DNA of 64,000 bases from Mantamonas sphyraenae STR306 (Eukaryota; Protista; CRuMs), in assembly GCA_026936335.1 (NCBI GenBank), contig JAPMXV010000012.1, forward strand, positions 1 to 64,000, written 5' to 3'. Shown piece after piece: positions 1 through 11,792 of this stretch (the first letter of the stretch is position 1; each line of letters opens with the position of its first letter). The notes beneath the pieces were generated by a model, which ran no database searches, was not told where the DNA came from, and saw only the letters and a program-made list of their open reading frames with translations. A program made the position numbers and the translations under genes.

Positions 1-178
1 AACCCTAACCCTAACCCTAACCCTAACCCTAACCCTAACCCTAACCCTAACCCTAACCCTAACCCTAACCCTAACCCTAACCCTAACCCTAACCCTAACC
101 CTAACCCTAACCCTAACCCTAACCCTAACCCTAACCCTAACCCTAACCCTAACCCTAACCCTAACCCTAACCCTAACC
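1..178 (-). repeat. Telomeric repeat (TTAGGG)n, read as (CCCTAA)n on the + strand; left chromosome end
   Basis: Perfect CCCTAA hexamer array from base 1 to about 178, then unique sequence. Confidence 0.99.
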
Positions 179-843
179 ATATTGCTGAATGATGATCTAT
201 CGTATATGATGCGTCCGGTCTATGTGATGTGAGTTATGCTTGTGTTTGCTGGCGCGGTAGCTGAATTGGGTGGTGACATAGGGCAGTGGGCAATGGGTGG
301 GAGTGGAAATGTTGCTGGTGAGTGTCCGTCGTCCTGCAACGCTGCGCAGTCAGCACTGCCCGTCCGCCTTCAACCACAATATCACCAACACCCACAACAC
401 CCGCCAACTGTCCAACCCAATCCACATACACTGCAGAACCACCACCACCATGGACAACGACTACTCAAGCACTCCGAAGCAACAACACACACCCAACACC
501 TCCCCAGCGTGCGTTCTGCCTTCCACTCCGTTTCCTGACTGCCCGCTTCTCCCGCTTCCTTGCCTCCTCCGTGCCTCCGTCGCTTCCCTGCACTCCTCCT
601 CTGCATCTCCACTTCCCCATCACCACGGCTGCTACCTTCACCGCTCTTCTCCGATCCCCTCTCCCCTGTCACTGCCCTCCCCGTTGCCAGTTTCCCCGTC
701 TGCCAATCTCCTTCGTTTTCCCCTCTTTGCTCGTTCCAGCCTCCCTTCACCCCCGCTTCTGCTCTGACGGCGTCCATTCCGCCCTCCACTCACCGTTGCC
801 ACCCCGCGTTGCCCCTCCCCGTCTTCCACACAGCTACGCGTAC

Positions 844-3800
844 ATGGTCCCTCCCATGGCTGCCCAGCCGTTTCCGAACATGCTGCCCGTTTCTGGCGTA
901 CAAAACCCGTACCAGCACCCACAACCACCCATCATCTGGGTCCCTGTCAACACCCACCCCCAGCAGCACCACGCATATGCTCACCAGGGCCAACCATACT
1001 ACGCCTACCCTCCTCCGCCGCCTCCTCAGCCCCGACAAACCGCCCAGATGCATTACGCTCAGCCTCCGTTGCACCCTCCGCCTGCTCAACCCACCACAAA
1101 CCACAACCGCGTCCCCAAACGCATCAGCCCTGCCTTTGTCGGCATCACACGGACCACATCCACCACTACATCGTCGTCGTCCTCCCACCAGGCCACACGG
1201 CAGACTGGAGACAGCGACGACGACGACGCGGACCAGGACACACACATACTTGACACCGGCGACGTGGAGGACCTGATGTTTGTGAACTTCGGCCACCGTG
1301 AACCACGGTCACCCTCCAGCAACTCAGAGTGGATGACCAGCTCATGGATGGAGGCGTACGAAGAAGACGGCGAGGCGAACCACGCAACCCAGCAGCATGT
1401 GGACGACGAGTTGGAAACTCAGGGCGCACTCAGCTTCGCAGACACTGGTGATGCCATGGATGAGGAGTACATGCCGCAAGAAGTCGACAACGATGACACA
1501 GACGGCATGGAGCAGGAGGACATGGACGAATGGCAGCCGAGACACACAAGTGGAGGCCGCACACAACAACGCAGAGGCCACATCGACCGTCGTACTGGTC
1601 CACAAAAGATGAAAGGCAGTGGACAGCGCAGGCTCAGGGTCACGGCTGGCAGCGGCACAGAGACAGGAACGTCGAGCACACGGGCAGGGAGTGCAAAGTA
1701 CGGAGACAACGGCGCACGCAAGAAATCAAGCGTGGACAAAACGAACAAGTTTCCAGATGGTGTTGTGCGCAAAGGGTGGACACCGGGACGCAGTGAAGAG
1801 CGCAGCCACGGCAACAAGAAGGAGCACACGGCACTGCTGAACCACATGCACACTCTGGCCAATGAGCATCCTATCGACAACATCCCCGACCTCATGACCA
1901 TGCAGGCCCGTGTTGTGGTCTGCCATGGCACTACGACCACGCTTGTCCGACAGATTCAGCTCGCTTTGGGCAACATTCCCCTCTCCCAGGGCGACATGGC
2001 CTTCTGTCTCATCCTTCTGGGCCATGATGTGGATCAACAGGCGTGCAGTGATGCCATCCGTGTCGCTGGTCTGGCCATGGGTGTGACAGAGGCTGGGTTG
2101 AAGGTGTGCTGGCTGGAGGACCCACACGACCACGGCGACCCCAACTACGCCCTCCTCCACCTGCTTATGGCAGAGATGGACACTCTTGGCAACAGAAACG
2201 ATCCCACCACCTGGGAGGAGCAGGAGCAGACCCAGCTGTGGCTGCAGAAAGCACGACGCCCTGCTGACAACGACAGCGACCTTCACTGGACACAATGCGA
2301 CTACGACCACCACCTCACCACAACCAAGGTGGGTATGTGGCATCCTGAGTCTGTGCGCACTGGCTGGAGCAAGACCGCAGACGAGCGTGGCAGCTGCACG
2401 GCGCGGGAGTTCCAGACGCTGCTGGCACACATGAAGGCACGCGCAGCCAAGCACCCTCGCCATCAGCACGCACACGAACACCAGGCACTGCGTGAGCTGA
2501 TCAACAACGGCAGTGTGAAGTCCCTGCTGCGACACATCATCTTGGCTCTGGGCAACGTTGGCGTGCCGCCTGTCGACCTGGCCTTCTTTGTCCGCCTCCT
2601 CAGGCCACACCTCACCTACCAGCAGGTTCAAGGTGCCATCAGCGTCACCCTCACCCGCGGGTGCACTTCCCTCTCCCTCAAGATCGCCTGGCTCGACAAC
2701 CCCAAACCCAGCGACGTCACACTGCACACCCTCCTCCACACCCTCATCGACCGCATCACACCCCACATCACCACACGCCCCACCACCGTCGACTCCGTCA
2801 ACGCCCTCGATTTCCCCGAGCTTGTTCTTCCAGAGCCCACCAAGGAGGAATTGATGGCCGTGGAGGATGGACTGCCAGATGGCGTCGTGCGCAGTGGCTG
2901 GACAAAGTGGCGCAAGAGCGAGCGCATGCACAGCAACAAGAAGGAGCACACGGCACTGCTGAACCACATGCACACCCTGGCCAACGAGCATCCCATCGAC
3001 GACATCCCAGACCTCATGACCCTGCAAGCGCGTGTTGTGGTCTGTCATGGCACCCTGTTGACGCTGGTCCGTCAGATTCAGCTCGCTCTGGGCAACATTC
3101 CCCTCTCCCAGGGCGACATGGCCTTCTGCCTCACCCTTCTCGGCCGTGACATGGATCAACAGGCGTGCAGCCTTGCCATCCCTCACGCTGGTCTGGCCAC
3201 GGGTGTGACAAAGGCTGGGTTGAAGGTGTGCTGGCTGGAGGAGCCACACGACCACGGCGACCCCAACTACGCCCTCCGCCACCTCATCATGACAGAAATG
3301 GACACCCTCGGCGACAGGCCCCATCCCACCACCTGGAAGGAGCACAAGCAGACCCAGCTGTGGCTGCACGAGGCACGACGCCCTGCTGACAACGACAGCG
3401 ACCCACACTGGACACAATGCGACTACGACCACCATCTCGCTACCACCGAGGTGGAAAAGTGGCATCCTGAGTCTGTGCGGAGTGGCTGGACCAACGGTCT
3501 CGGCGACGAGCGTGGTAGCTGCACGGCGCGGGAGTTCCAGACGCTGCTGGCACACATGAAGGCACGCGCAGCCAAGCACCCTCGCCATCAGCACGCAAAT
3601 GAGAACCAGGCACTGCGTGAGTTGATCAACAACGGCAACCTGCTGTCCCTTGTGCGACACATCAACCTGGCGCTGGGCAACGTTGGCGTGCCGCCTGTCG
3701 ACCTGGCCTTCTTTGTCCGCCTCCTCAGACCACGACTCACCAGCCTGCAGGTGCAAAGTGCCATCAGCAAATCCCTCACCCGTGGCGTCACCTCACTCTC

Positions 3801-4029
3801 CCTCCAGATCGCCTGGCTTGACAACCCCAAACCCAGCGACGCCACACTGCACACCCTCCTCCACACCCTCATCAACCGCATCACACCCCACATCACCACC
3901 CGACCCACCACCATCGCACTCGTCAACGCCCACCCCATCCCCTCCTTCACCCTGCCCAAGCGCAAAGACCCTTCCTCCTCCTCCTCCTCCTCCTCCTCCT
4001 CCTCCTCCAAACGCCAACGCCTCGAATGA
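844..4029 (+). CDS. Subtelomeric protein of unknown function: Pro/Gln-rich and acidic N-terminus, two ~374-aa direct repeats, poly-Ser and KRQR C-terminus
   Basis: Long ORF 322..4029; first in-frame ATG at 844. PDGVVRKGWT at ~1753 recurs as PDGVVRSGWT at ~2875 with high identity. Confidence 0.8.
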   Translation: MVPPMAAQPFPNMLPVSGVQNPYQHPQPPIIWVPVNTHPQQHHAYAHQGQPYYAYPPPPPPQPRQTAQMHYAQPPLHPPPAQPTTNHNRVPKRISPAFVGITRTTSTTTSSSSSHQATRQTGDSDDDDADQDTHILDTGDVEDLMFVNFGHREPRSPSSNSEWMTSSWMEAYEEDGEANHATQQHVDDELETQGALSFADTGDAMDEEYMPQEVDNDDTDGMEQEDMDEWQPRHTSGGRTQQRRGHIDRRTGPQKMKGSGQRRLRVTAGSGTETGTSSTRAGSAKYGDNGARKKSSVDKTNKFPDGVVRKGWTPGRSEERSHGNKKEHTALLNHMHTLANEHPIDNIPDLMTMQARVVVCHGTTTTLVRQIQLALGNIPLSQGDMAFCLILLGHDVDQQACSDAIRVAGLAMGVTEAGLKVCWLEDPHDHGDPNYALLHLLMAEMDTLGNRNDPTTWEEQEQTQLWLQKARRPADNDSDLHWTQCDYDHHLTTTKVGMWHPESVRTGWSKTADERGSCTAREFQTLLAHMKARAAKHPRHQHAHEHQALRELINNGSVKSLLRHIILALGNVGVPPVDLAFFVRLLRPHLTYQQVQGAISVTLTRGCTSLSLKIAWLDNPKPSDVTLHTLLHTLIDRITPHITTRPTTVDSVNALDFPELVLPEPTKEELMAVEDGLPDGVVRSGWTKWRKSERMHSNKKEHTALLNHMHTLANEHPIDDIPDLMTLQARVVVCHGTLLTLVRQIQLALGNIPLSQGDMAFCLTLLGRDMDQQACSLAIPHAGLATGVTKAGLKVCWLEEPHDHGDPNYALRHLIMTEMDTLGDRPHPTTWKEHKQTQLWLHEARRPADNDSDPHWTQCDYDHHLATTEVEKWHPESVRSGWTNGLGDERGSCTAREFQTLLAHMKARAAKHPRHQHANENQALRELINNGNLLSLVRHINLALGNVGVPPVDLAFFVRLLRPRLTSLQVQSAISKSLTRGVTSLSLQIAWLDNPKPSDATLHTLLHTLINRITPHITTRPTTIALVNAHPIPSFTLPKRKDPSSSSSSSSSSSSKRQRLE
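1750..3930 (+). repeat. Intragenic tandem duplication, unit ~1122 nt, 2 copies
   Basis: Near-identical blocks 1750-2810 and 2872-3930, e.g. AAGAAGGAGCACACGGCACTGCTGAACCACATGCACAC in both. Confidence 0.95.
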
Positions 4030-4079
4030 ACTGACCCCCGTTTGCCGCACGTTTGCACTTGCTCGTCCACCACATCACC

Positions 4080-4505
4080 ATGTCCACCACCCCACCCACC
4101 CCGTCCATGACCATGAAACTCCAGGTCGTGATGCTCCCTGTTGCCGACGTTGACGCCTCCATCCGCTTCTACCGCGACTCCGTCGGGTTCAATCTTGACC
4201 ACGACGTCAACAACGAGGAAACAGGTTTCCGCGTCACCCAACTCACCCCTCCAGGTTCGGACTGCAGCATTGTGATGGGCACAGGCATGCCTGAGCTCGA
4301 CAAGATGACCCCTGGCGGAATCCGTGGACTCCACCTTGTGGTCGACGATATTGTCGAAGCCCGAACTGCTCTCCTTGCCAACGACGTCACCGTGGACGAC
4401 ATAGTCGACATGCATGGGGTCAAGTTTGCCGCTTTTGCTGATCCTGACGGAAACTCTTGGGTTCTCCAACAGCTCCCTCCCAGAATGGGAGGCAAAAGCG
4501 CGTGA
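4080..4505 (+). CDS. VOC-family (glyoxalase/bleomycin-resistance/dioxygenase) protein, bacterial type, intronless
   Basis: Motifs LPVADVDASIRFY..VGF, VTQLTPPGSDCSI, GLHLVVDDI, FADPDGNSWVLQQ. Confidence 0.92.
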   Translation: MSTTPPTPSMTMKLQVVMLPVADVDASIRFYRDSVGFNLDHDVNNEETGFRVTQLTPPGSDCSIVMGTGMPELDKMTPGGIRGLHLVVDDIVEARTALLANDVTVDDIVDMHGVKFAAFADPDGNSWVLQQLPPRMGGKSA

Positions 4506-4998
4506 GTGCAGAGAGATCCCTGGCTTCCACCGCTTGAGCCACACACCCTTATACAACACACGAACAAGCTTCCAAATCCAAGAACACTCCCCTCCCCCCT
4601 TCCTCCCCCTTCTGTTCCTCCCCAAACCCAACCCAACCTCCACGAACCCAAAAATCCATTCCCTCTTCCCTCTCTCCCTACCCCACCTTGTTTTCGTCCA
4701 AGAACAACTCGGGCAGCTCCTTGTTCTCCACTACCAATCCCTCACTCAAGCTCGTCCTCCAAATCCTCCATGCAAGCAGCCCACACGCGAGGATCAGCAC
4801 CAGCAGAAATCGCCAATCCCCTAGCCTCTCCTGCAGGGCCGCCCACAGCACTTCGCTCTCCTCCATGTCTCCCTCACGTCGTGCTTCCCACTCCAACACC
4901 CCCTCCTCTTCATTTTGCCCTTGGCTGCCCCGCCTTTGCCTCATCTCACAGCACCAAAACTTGACTGGTCCAAACGGCGCTCCATTCCATTCCCACAC

Positions 4999-7279
4999 CT
5001 AACGCAGCCTTTCCATGTCTTCCACCAGTTCCTGTGGCAGTGTCTCCAAGACCCCGGCTTCGGCCAGTGCGTCACGCTGGCCCGCGCAGAACGAGGCACA
5101 AAAGTTCTTGAGCCGCCCGCTGGACACCTCCTTGTATGCCACATGCCCAATCGATGCCACGCTGTCCAGATTCACATAGTTGCACAGCTGTGACACGCAC
5201 CTGTTTGTCAGCACCTCCAGTCCCATGTGCATCCCGGCCTGCAGCAGCGCCGTAAGCTCCTCCACAATCAACTCCATGTTCGATTTGGTCCACGGCCTGC
5301 GGAACACTGTGCATGACCCAGACACAAGAAACTCCACCACAGACTTGAGCGTTGCGTGGTTCACCTGAGGGCTCATCGCCACCTTGCCCTCCGAGAGCCC
5401 CTCCCCGATCAGCGTTGCCAGAAACGCAGACCGTGCCATCAGGAATGTTCGTGGCGCCACCAGCCTCTCCTGTGCATGTGCCGAGTCGCTGCATACCAGC
5501 TCCACCTGCTCCTCCACCGGCAGCGACTCCAGGTCCTGCAGCAGCCGCTCTGCCAGTTCAAAGCTGGATGAGCTTTTCGATGCCAACGCCTGCTCCAGCG
5601 ATGTGCATCCCCATGCCTCGGCAACCTTGCTCAGCGCCGCCCGTCCGTCCTTGTCGTCCACGGGCGGCAGTTCGGCGGCGTACGCAAAACGCAGCGCCGC
5701 CAGCAGCGTGCCCACGTGCTCGTCCTCCACCACTCCCACATTGTCGCTGTCCAGTATGTCGTACAAGCCGGGCAAACGTCCATGCAGCACGTCCTTGTGT
5801 ACTGCGACACAAACTTTCCCGTCTCCGCTCACCAGCGTTGCATCGGCCTGTCCACTGCTGTTGTCCACCATGGCCCGCATGTCGTTCAGCAGCTCCACAT
5901 CTGTGTGTGAATTCCGTCAGCACGTGTCAGTGATCCCAGCCGCTTGGGGCGCGTGCCAACCCTGATCTCCACTGCACAATTCTCCCCTCCCCTCCCAAAC
6001 GCCCCACTCGCCCCGTCTGCAACTCACGTGGAAAGGTAAACCGGTACAAATCATCGTGGAACGAAATGCCTCCGCCTCGGCCACCGTGCATGTACACGGA
6101 ATTGTCCTGTGCCAGCACCGTCAGCGCGCTGTAGCGTGTGTTCGGCACGTCGCCCACGAGCTGCACGGCCGTCCACGTGCACGACGTCACGTTGAAGAAT
6201 GAGCACTCGTTGCGAAAGTACCCGTGCAGCACAAACAGGTTGTCGTCGAGCAGCACCGACTGGTGTGCGCTGCGGCCCACGGCAGCCGAGCTCCCGTTTG
6301 CCACGCCCAGCAATTCCCAAACGCGTGTTTCCAGATCCAGCGCGTACACGTCACTGCTGTCCCCGGCCTCCGTCTGCCCGCCAAACACAAGCATCTGGTT
6401 GTGCGCCGCGTAGATGTGTGCACTGTGGTTGAATCGTGCGCTCGGTCGGTGGCCCTTGGTCACGGCGTCCTCCCACTCCCACATTTTCCGCTCGTCTTCC
6501 TTGCCCTGCTGCTCCAGCGACAGTACAAACAACTGGTTGTCCACTCCGTGCCCACCAAACACATACATCTTGCCCTCGTGCACCACTGCCGTGTGCCCGT
6601 ACCGCGGTTCTGGAGCGTCGTGCAGCACCTTGTGCTTCTCCCACTCCAGCGTGCGCAGATTCAGGAATTTCGGCTTGTTGTCCGAGTCGGTGTTTCCGTG
6701 CAACAGACCGCCAAACTTGACCAGATACGGTTCCACGTAGCACAGAGTCCCATTACGACTCTCCTGCGGCAGCACTCCCGTACAACGAAGCTTGCGCCAC
6801 GTGTACTGTGGTCCACGCGTCCGCGCCGCCTCCAGAGCCGCCTTCTTCTGCGCCGTCCCTGTGGCCGACGACGATGACGACGACGATGATGACGACGACG
6901 ACGACGATGATGATGATGATGATGACGACGACGACTTGCCAGCCAGCGACCGGGTTGCAAACGGCCGGTAGTTGTCCCAGTCGTCCAAAGCTGCGCCGAG
7001 CACGCTCGAGTGCGCCTCCTCCGCCTCATTGGGCGCCAGGTTCACTGCGTACAGGTCGTTCATGCACTTAAAGTCTTTCTGCTTGGGCTTCGAGTCGTCA
7101 AACCACAAGCCGCCAAACACAAACAGGTCGTTGCCGACGACGCAGCCCATCTGCTCGCCCCTGGCCGACGGTACGTCGCCCGTGGTCGGCAGGAAGCACG
7201 ACGGCATGGTGTAGCTCGGGTCCGTGTACCCTGTGTCTCGCGTGCGGCTCGATGTTGTAAATGACGACGACGATGACAT
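4999..7279 (-). CDS. Kelch-repeat plus tandem BTB/POZ protein (LZTR1-like Cullin-3 adaptor); intron 5901..6027
   Basis: Kelch repeats (PRYGHTAVV..MYVFGG, SARFNHSA..LVFGG) join in frame through a phase-1 GTGAG..CACAG intron to two BTB-like domains (VAVHKDVL; RTFLMARSAFL). Confidence 0.85.
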
Positions 7280-7364
7280 GTGGCTGCGATGCCTGCGCCT
7301 GCGCAAACACACAACTGCAGTCCCAGGCACATCCACACCGCTGAACACACCATAGCTACCTGTC

Positions 7365-9462
7365 ATGTCAGCGGTCACACAAACCGACGACGTGGTCATC
7401 TCTGTCGATGACCCGCCGCCTGGGGACCCTGTGCCGCCTCCGCCCTCTGCCACGCCGCCCTCGCCTCCTTCGTCCGACAGCGATGAAGACGACGACGGCG
7501 ACGAGGAAGAGGACGAGGATATGGAAGAACCCGTGTATGTGCGTGACCTCCCGGCGCCCATTCCGGAGCCAGTCATCCAGTATGTCCTCCTCGGCCCAAA
7601 GCCAAAGTCCAAGTCCAAGAAGAAGCTCAAGAGGCTATTCAAGAAGAAGGCAAGCGAGGAGATCGAAATCAGTGTGGAGCACAGCGTAGTGGAGCGATTT
7701 TGGCGCGAGACCCCCAAGGACATCCGTGCTGCCCTTGGCTCTGCCTCTGCCAGCGATGCGTCCTCCTCCTCCTCCTCCTCCTCCTCGCAGACGGTGCCCA
7801 AGTGGAAGCGGCTGTTCACAAAGTCATCGTCTTCCTCATCATCATCATCTACCCCGCCAGCCACACCTGGTGACGACACTGCCGGCGACGACCAGGCTGA
7901 CGCCAGCGCAGAGAGCCCGGACAGCGAGTAGGTTTTGGCCAAATTCGAAGAGCCTGGCTGCCCTCCCAATTGCACGCTGACACTGCTTTCGCCGCCCCTC
8001 ACACTGCCCCTGCCATCCTCGCCCGCAGCCTCTACCTCGTGGCCGAGTATGTGACAGAGGTGCGCGCCGTCAAACCCGCCCTCGTCAAGTTTGACTACCT
8101 CAAGCAGCGGTATCCCGGCCGCGAAAAGAGAGGGTACGTGTCCCCGATTTCGAATCCACGACCCACCCCTTGTGCGCACGTGCCACATGCTAACATCCGG
8201 CGGCCCGCCCCACAGCATCCAAATTAACAGCAAGGTCCAGGTGGTCGACTCGCCCACACAGCCAGGTGACGAGCGCTCCGTCAAGGTCCGGGAGATTCCC
8301 AGCGACGAGTGGACCCTGGAAGCCGAGGACTTTCGCCGCCGCTGGCGTGAGGCAGAGCGCCAAGAGCTGCTAGAACGCAAGAGAGCACTCCTTGCACGCG
8401 TATGTGTTGCACCCTCTTTTCTTCCCGTTCCCACGCCCCGTCCCGAGAAGAATGCCAAAGCCAGCACCGCTGACATTCGCCGCGCCTCCACAGCAACGAG
8501 AAAACGCACGCAAGAACAAAGCCAAGCTGCGCGCCAAGTACGGCCTTCCGCCCAGTCCCAGCGAAAGCGACGAAGAAAGCGACGAAGCGGATGGCGGAGG
8601 CGAGGCACCGCCTCCCCCTCCCGAAACAGAAGATATCAGCAGCGACGACGAAAGCAGCGACGAAGAGGAACCGGCAGCCGACGGCAACGACAACGTGCAA
8701 TCCGAAGGAGAGCAAAAGGACGACGCGCAGGCGTCCAGTTCCTCCAAGCCGCGCAAGAAGATCAAGCTCGTCAAGAAAGGCCCGCTCAGCCACGTCGACA
8801 GCATGCGAATTCGTGATTCGAGCGTCCTCGAGGACATTGACGCTGCACTGGCAGCCGAAGAGGCCGAGGTGGCCACCGCTGAGGCTGAAGACCTTCGCGT
8901 GGCCAAGGGCGGGCGCCGCTACCGTGACAGCGTTGCTCTCACGGGCATCGAAACGCACGCTCTGCAGGCTCTGTTGGACCAACAGCATGCAGACGAGCCA
9001 GAAGGGTTTGATGAGCCCGTCCAAGCAGGCGGTGTGATGCCTGAAGAGGAGGACGAAGGCGAAGACATAGAGGACGACGTCGAGGAAGGTGACGAAGAAG
9101 ATGAGGAGCAGGAAGAGCAGGAGGAGCAGGAGGAGCGAGAGGAGCAGGAGGAGCGAGAGGAGCAGGAGGAGCAGGAAGAGCAGGAGCAGCAACAAGAACA
9201 GGAGCAGCAACAAGAACAGGAAGAGCAGGAAGAACAGGAGCAGCAGGAAGAACAGGAGCAGCAACAAGAGCAGGAGCAGCAACAAGTGCAAGGCACTCAG
9301 GGTGAGCAGGGTGAGCAACAGCAGGAAGGGGCAGAAGTCGAGGACCTCGGGGAACAGGGCCCGAGTCAACCAGAAGCCTCTGCAGACGACGAAACCACCC
9401 TCTCTCCCGAGCAGGCCCAAGATCTACCCACCAAAGACAACGAGCCCAACCCCGACACATAA
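7365..9462 (+). CDS. Acidic, largely disordered protein of unknown function with an E/Q repeat tail; introns 7928..8028, 8134..8215, 8400..8493
   Basis: Three GT..AG introns join four ORF fragments in frame. Confidence 0.7.
9103..9290 (+). repeat. Coding E/Q low-complexity repeat (EEQ, QEQQQE units)
   Basis: Repeated GAGGAGCAG / CAGCAACAAGAA units. Confidence 0.9.
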
Positions 9463-9484
9463 ACCATTGCATTCATTCTCTCCT

Positions 9485-10895
9485 CTATCCACCCTTCTTC
9501 TTCTTCTTCTTCTTCTTCCCTCCTGCCCCGGTCTTGCGATCATTCTCCGCCTGCAGCCGATCTGCAAACTTTCTCCGCTCCTGCGCACGCTTCAACCCAA
9601 AGTTCTTGACGTGCATGCGCTGCAAATCGCCCAACAGCAGTTCGTGCATCAACTCATCCCCCGTGATGGCCGTGCAGAACCCTTCAAACGTCACTGCGTT
9701 TGTGTTTACCCGCTTCGCTGCCTGCTCCTCCAGCAGACCTGCCAGATGTTCAATGTATGCTGGCTTGGGAGCTGTTCCCTCTGTAAATTGCTCTCTCTGG
9801 ACACTCAGCTGCATCAGCGCCGTCACAAACACGTTGCGGTTGATTGTGCTGCGCGACGTCAGCGTGCTTCCATGCCCTGTCGATTCAAACAGCCGCTTTG
9901 CATACACCAGAAACTCTTGGTACACAAAGTACACCTTGAAGTATGCTAGGTACTGCGTCAGGGACAAGATTGGCGTCCCATCTTCCCCAGCTTCGTGACA
10001 AAACCACTCCACCATGTCTTGTACAAACTCCAGTGGCAGGTCGGTGCACAACGTACACAGCAGCTGATGAAAGTCTTGCAGGGAGATCGCAGAAGAGTCT
10101 GTGTGCGTCTATCTTGCGTCAGTACCGTCGTTGCAGCTGTTCGCCTGCTCCCAAAAGCACACACACACACACACACCACTCTCTCGAAGTCATGTGCGTC
10201 CTAACCACCCTCCTACACCCGCTTCCACAACACACACCAACATCTCGCACACTCTGCTTCCGTGCTCAGCCTGCATCAACACCACCACACAACGCACCCT
10301 CGTACGACTGCAAAGAGTCCAGCGCCGTGCGCACATGGTGCACAAACGACCGCCTGTTCCATGTTGTCATTCTCACATACGCAAACTCTCGCCTCACGAC
10401 ATGCTGCCCAAGCTGCACCTGTGTGAAACTTTACGCGCGCTCCCCCTTCCGTCAGTTGTCTGGGCCCTCCCGCTCCCCCCGGGGCTGCCATGCGCTGCTC
10501 CTCCCGTCTCCTCCCGTACTGTCCCTTTGCCTGCTCACCACATACTATGCGCTCAGGTACTGCATCGGGTTCGGATGCCTACTCGCCAACATTAGATTCG
10601 TCGCGTCCTTCAGGTACAACGCCACCGCGCTCTGCTCCAGATACTCCTCTGACGACAGGTCGAAACGCGCCACTCGCTCATTCTGCCTCTGCTTCAGCTT
10701 AAACAGCCGTCCCTGCTTGCTTTCTGCCCCGTCTCCGTGTTTCAGGTCGTATTGATCAACCAGCGACGACGTCCCTCCCTCGTTGGTCCGGCTGCTGCTG
10801 CTACTGCTGCTGCTACTACTGCTATGGTTGTTCAAAGACGATCCCAGCACGTGTGTCGACGACGATCCAGACACGAAAAAGGTCCCTTTGTGCAT
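9485..10895 (-). CDS. CSTPP1: CSTPP1/C11orf49-like tubulin polyglutamylase complex regulator, multi-exon
   Basis: EEYLEQSAVALYLKDA..YF..V..GQHVVRREFAY..NRRSFV..LCTDLPLE..FVYQEFL matches the recalled C11orf49 pattern (EYL..MEDA, THILFREFSF..NRVSF, LCPDFPLE, FYYSEFL). Confidence 0.75.
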
Positions 10896-10917
10896 TTTCC
10901 TTGCCTACCTACGCGCC

Positions 10918-11759
10918 TCAGTCGTCTTTGCCCACACGAGCATGTGAAAGCTGCATCCCACCACGGTTGCCACCTGTCGGGTCTGGCAGACGCATACCGA
11001 AGCCCATGTCATCGTCGTCGCTTCGCTGTGCGCCCATGTCCACTTCGTCTTCGTCGCTAAAGTTGTCGACGACCACAAGCTCGTTTACGGCCGGCGCCAC
11101 TGCCGACGCCCGATGATCCCGCTGCAGTGTTGGCAAATCCATGCCCACACCACCCTGTGCCTCCATCTGCTCTCGTCGTTTCTTCAGGAGCACCAAGCCC
11201 ATCACACCCACCACGGCCCCCAGTGCCAAAAAGTACGTTTTGCTCGAGCTGCGCGACTTGTCCACATCCACCTTGTTTCCTGCGTTGTCCACCGACGCCA
11301 AATCTGTTTCTTCATCCTCCTCTCGCACTTGCACTTGTGGGCGTGGTTTGTGCTTCTGGTCAGCAGTTGGCCTTGCGGTAGGCTCCGGGGTCGGCGTCGG
11401 CGTCGGTTCGGGCGTTGGGTCCGGTGTCGGTTCCGGTGTCGGTTCCGGTGTCGGTTTGAACGCAGGTACCACCGCAATCGTCTCGCGGTTCGACGCCTCT
11501 TCGTTTCCTGCATTCACCAGCTCCAGCTCCAGCATCTTGCCCGCCGAAAGCAGAATCAAGGGATGCGGGCAATTGACCTGACCCAGCAACGACGGATCAA
11601 TTTCTGCGTCCACCTCTGTCTTCTGCTGCTGGTGCCAAAACACGCACTTGACCCCCTTTGGATTCAAGTTTTGTGCATAGACCACGAAATCGACACGCTT
11701 GTTCTCCTCCAGCGTGTCCGGCACCACCTTTTCCACCACAGGCACCGGCACCATCTCTG

Positions 11760-11792
<33 letters not shown>

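Noticed and set aside
7280-8608. N-terminal half of the 893-aa Kelch ORF
   Set aside because: Antisense to the spliced plus-strand gene at 7365; the Kelch gene more plausibly starts at ATG 7279.
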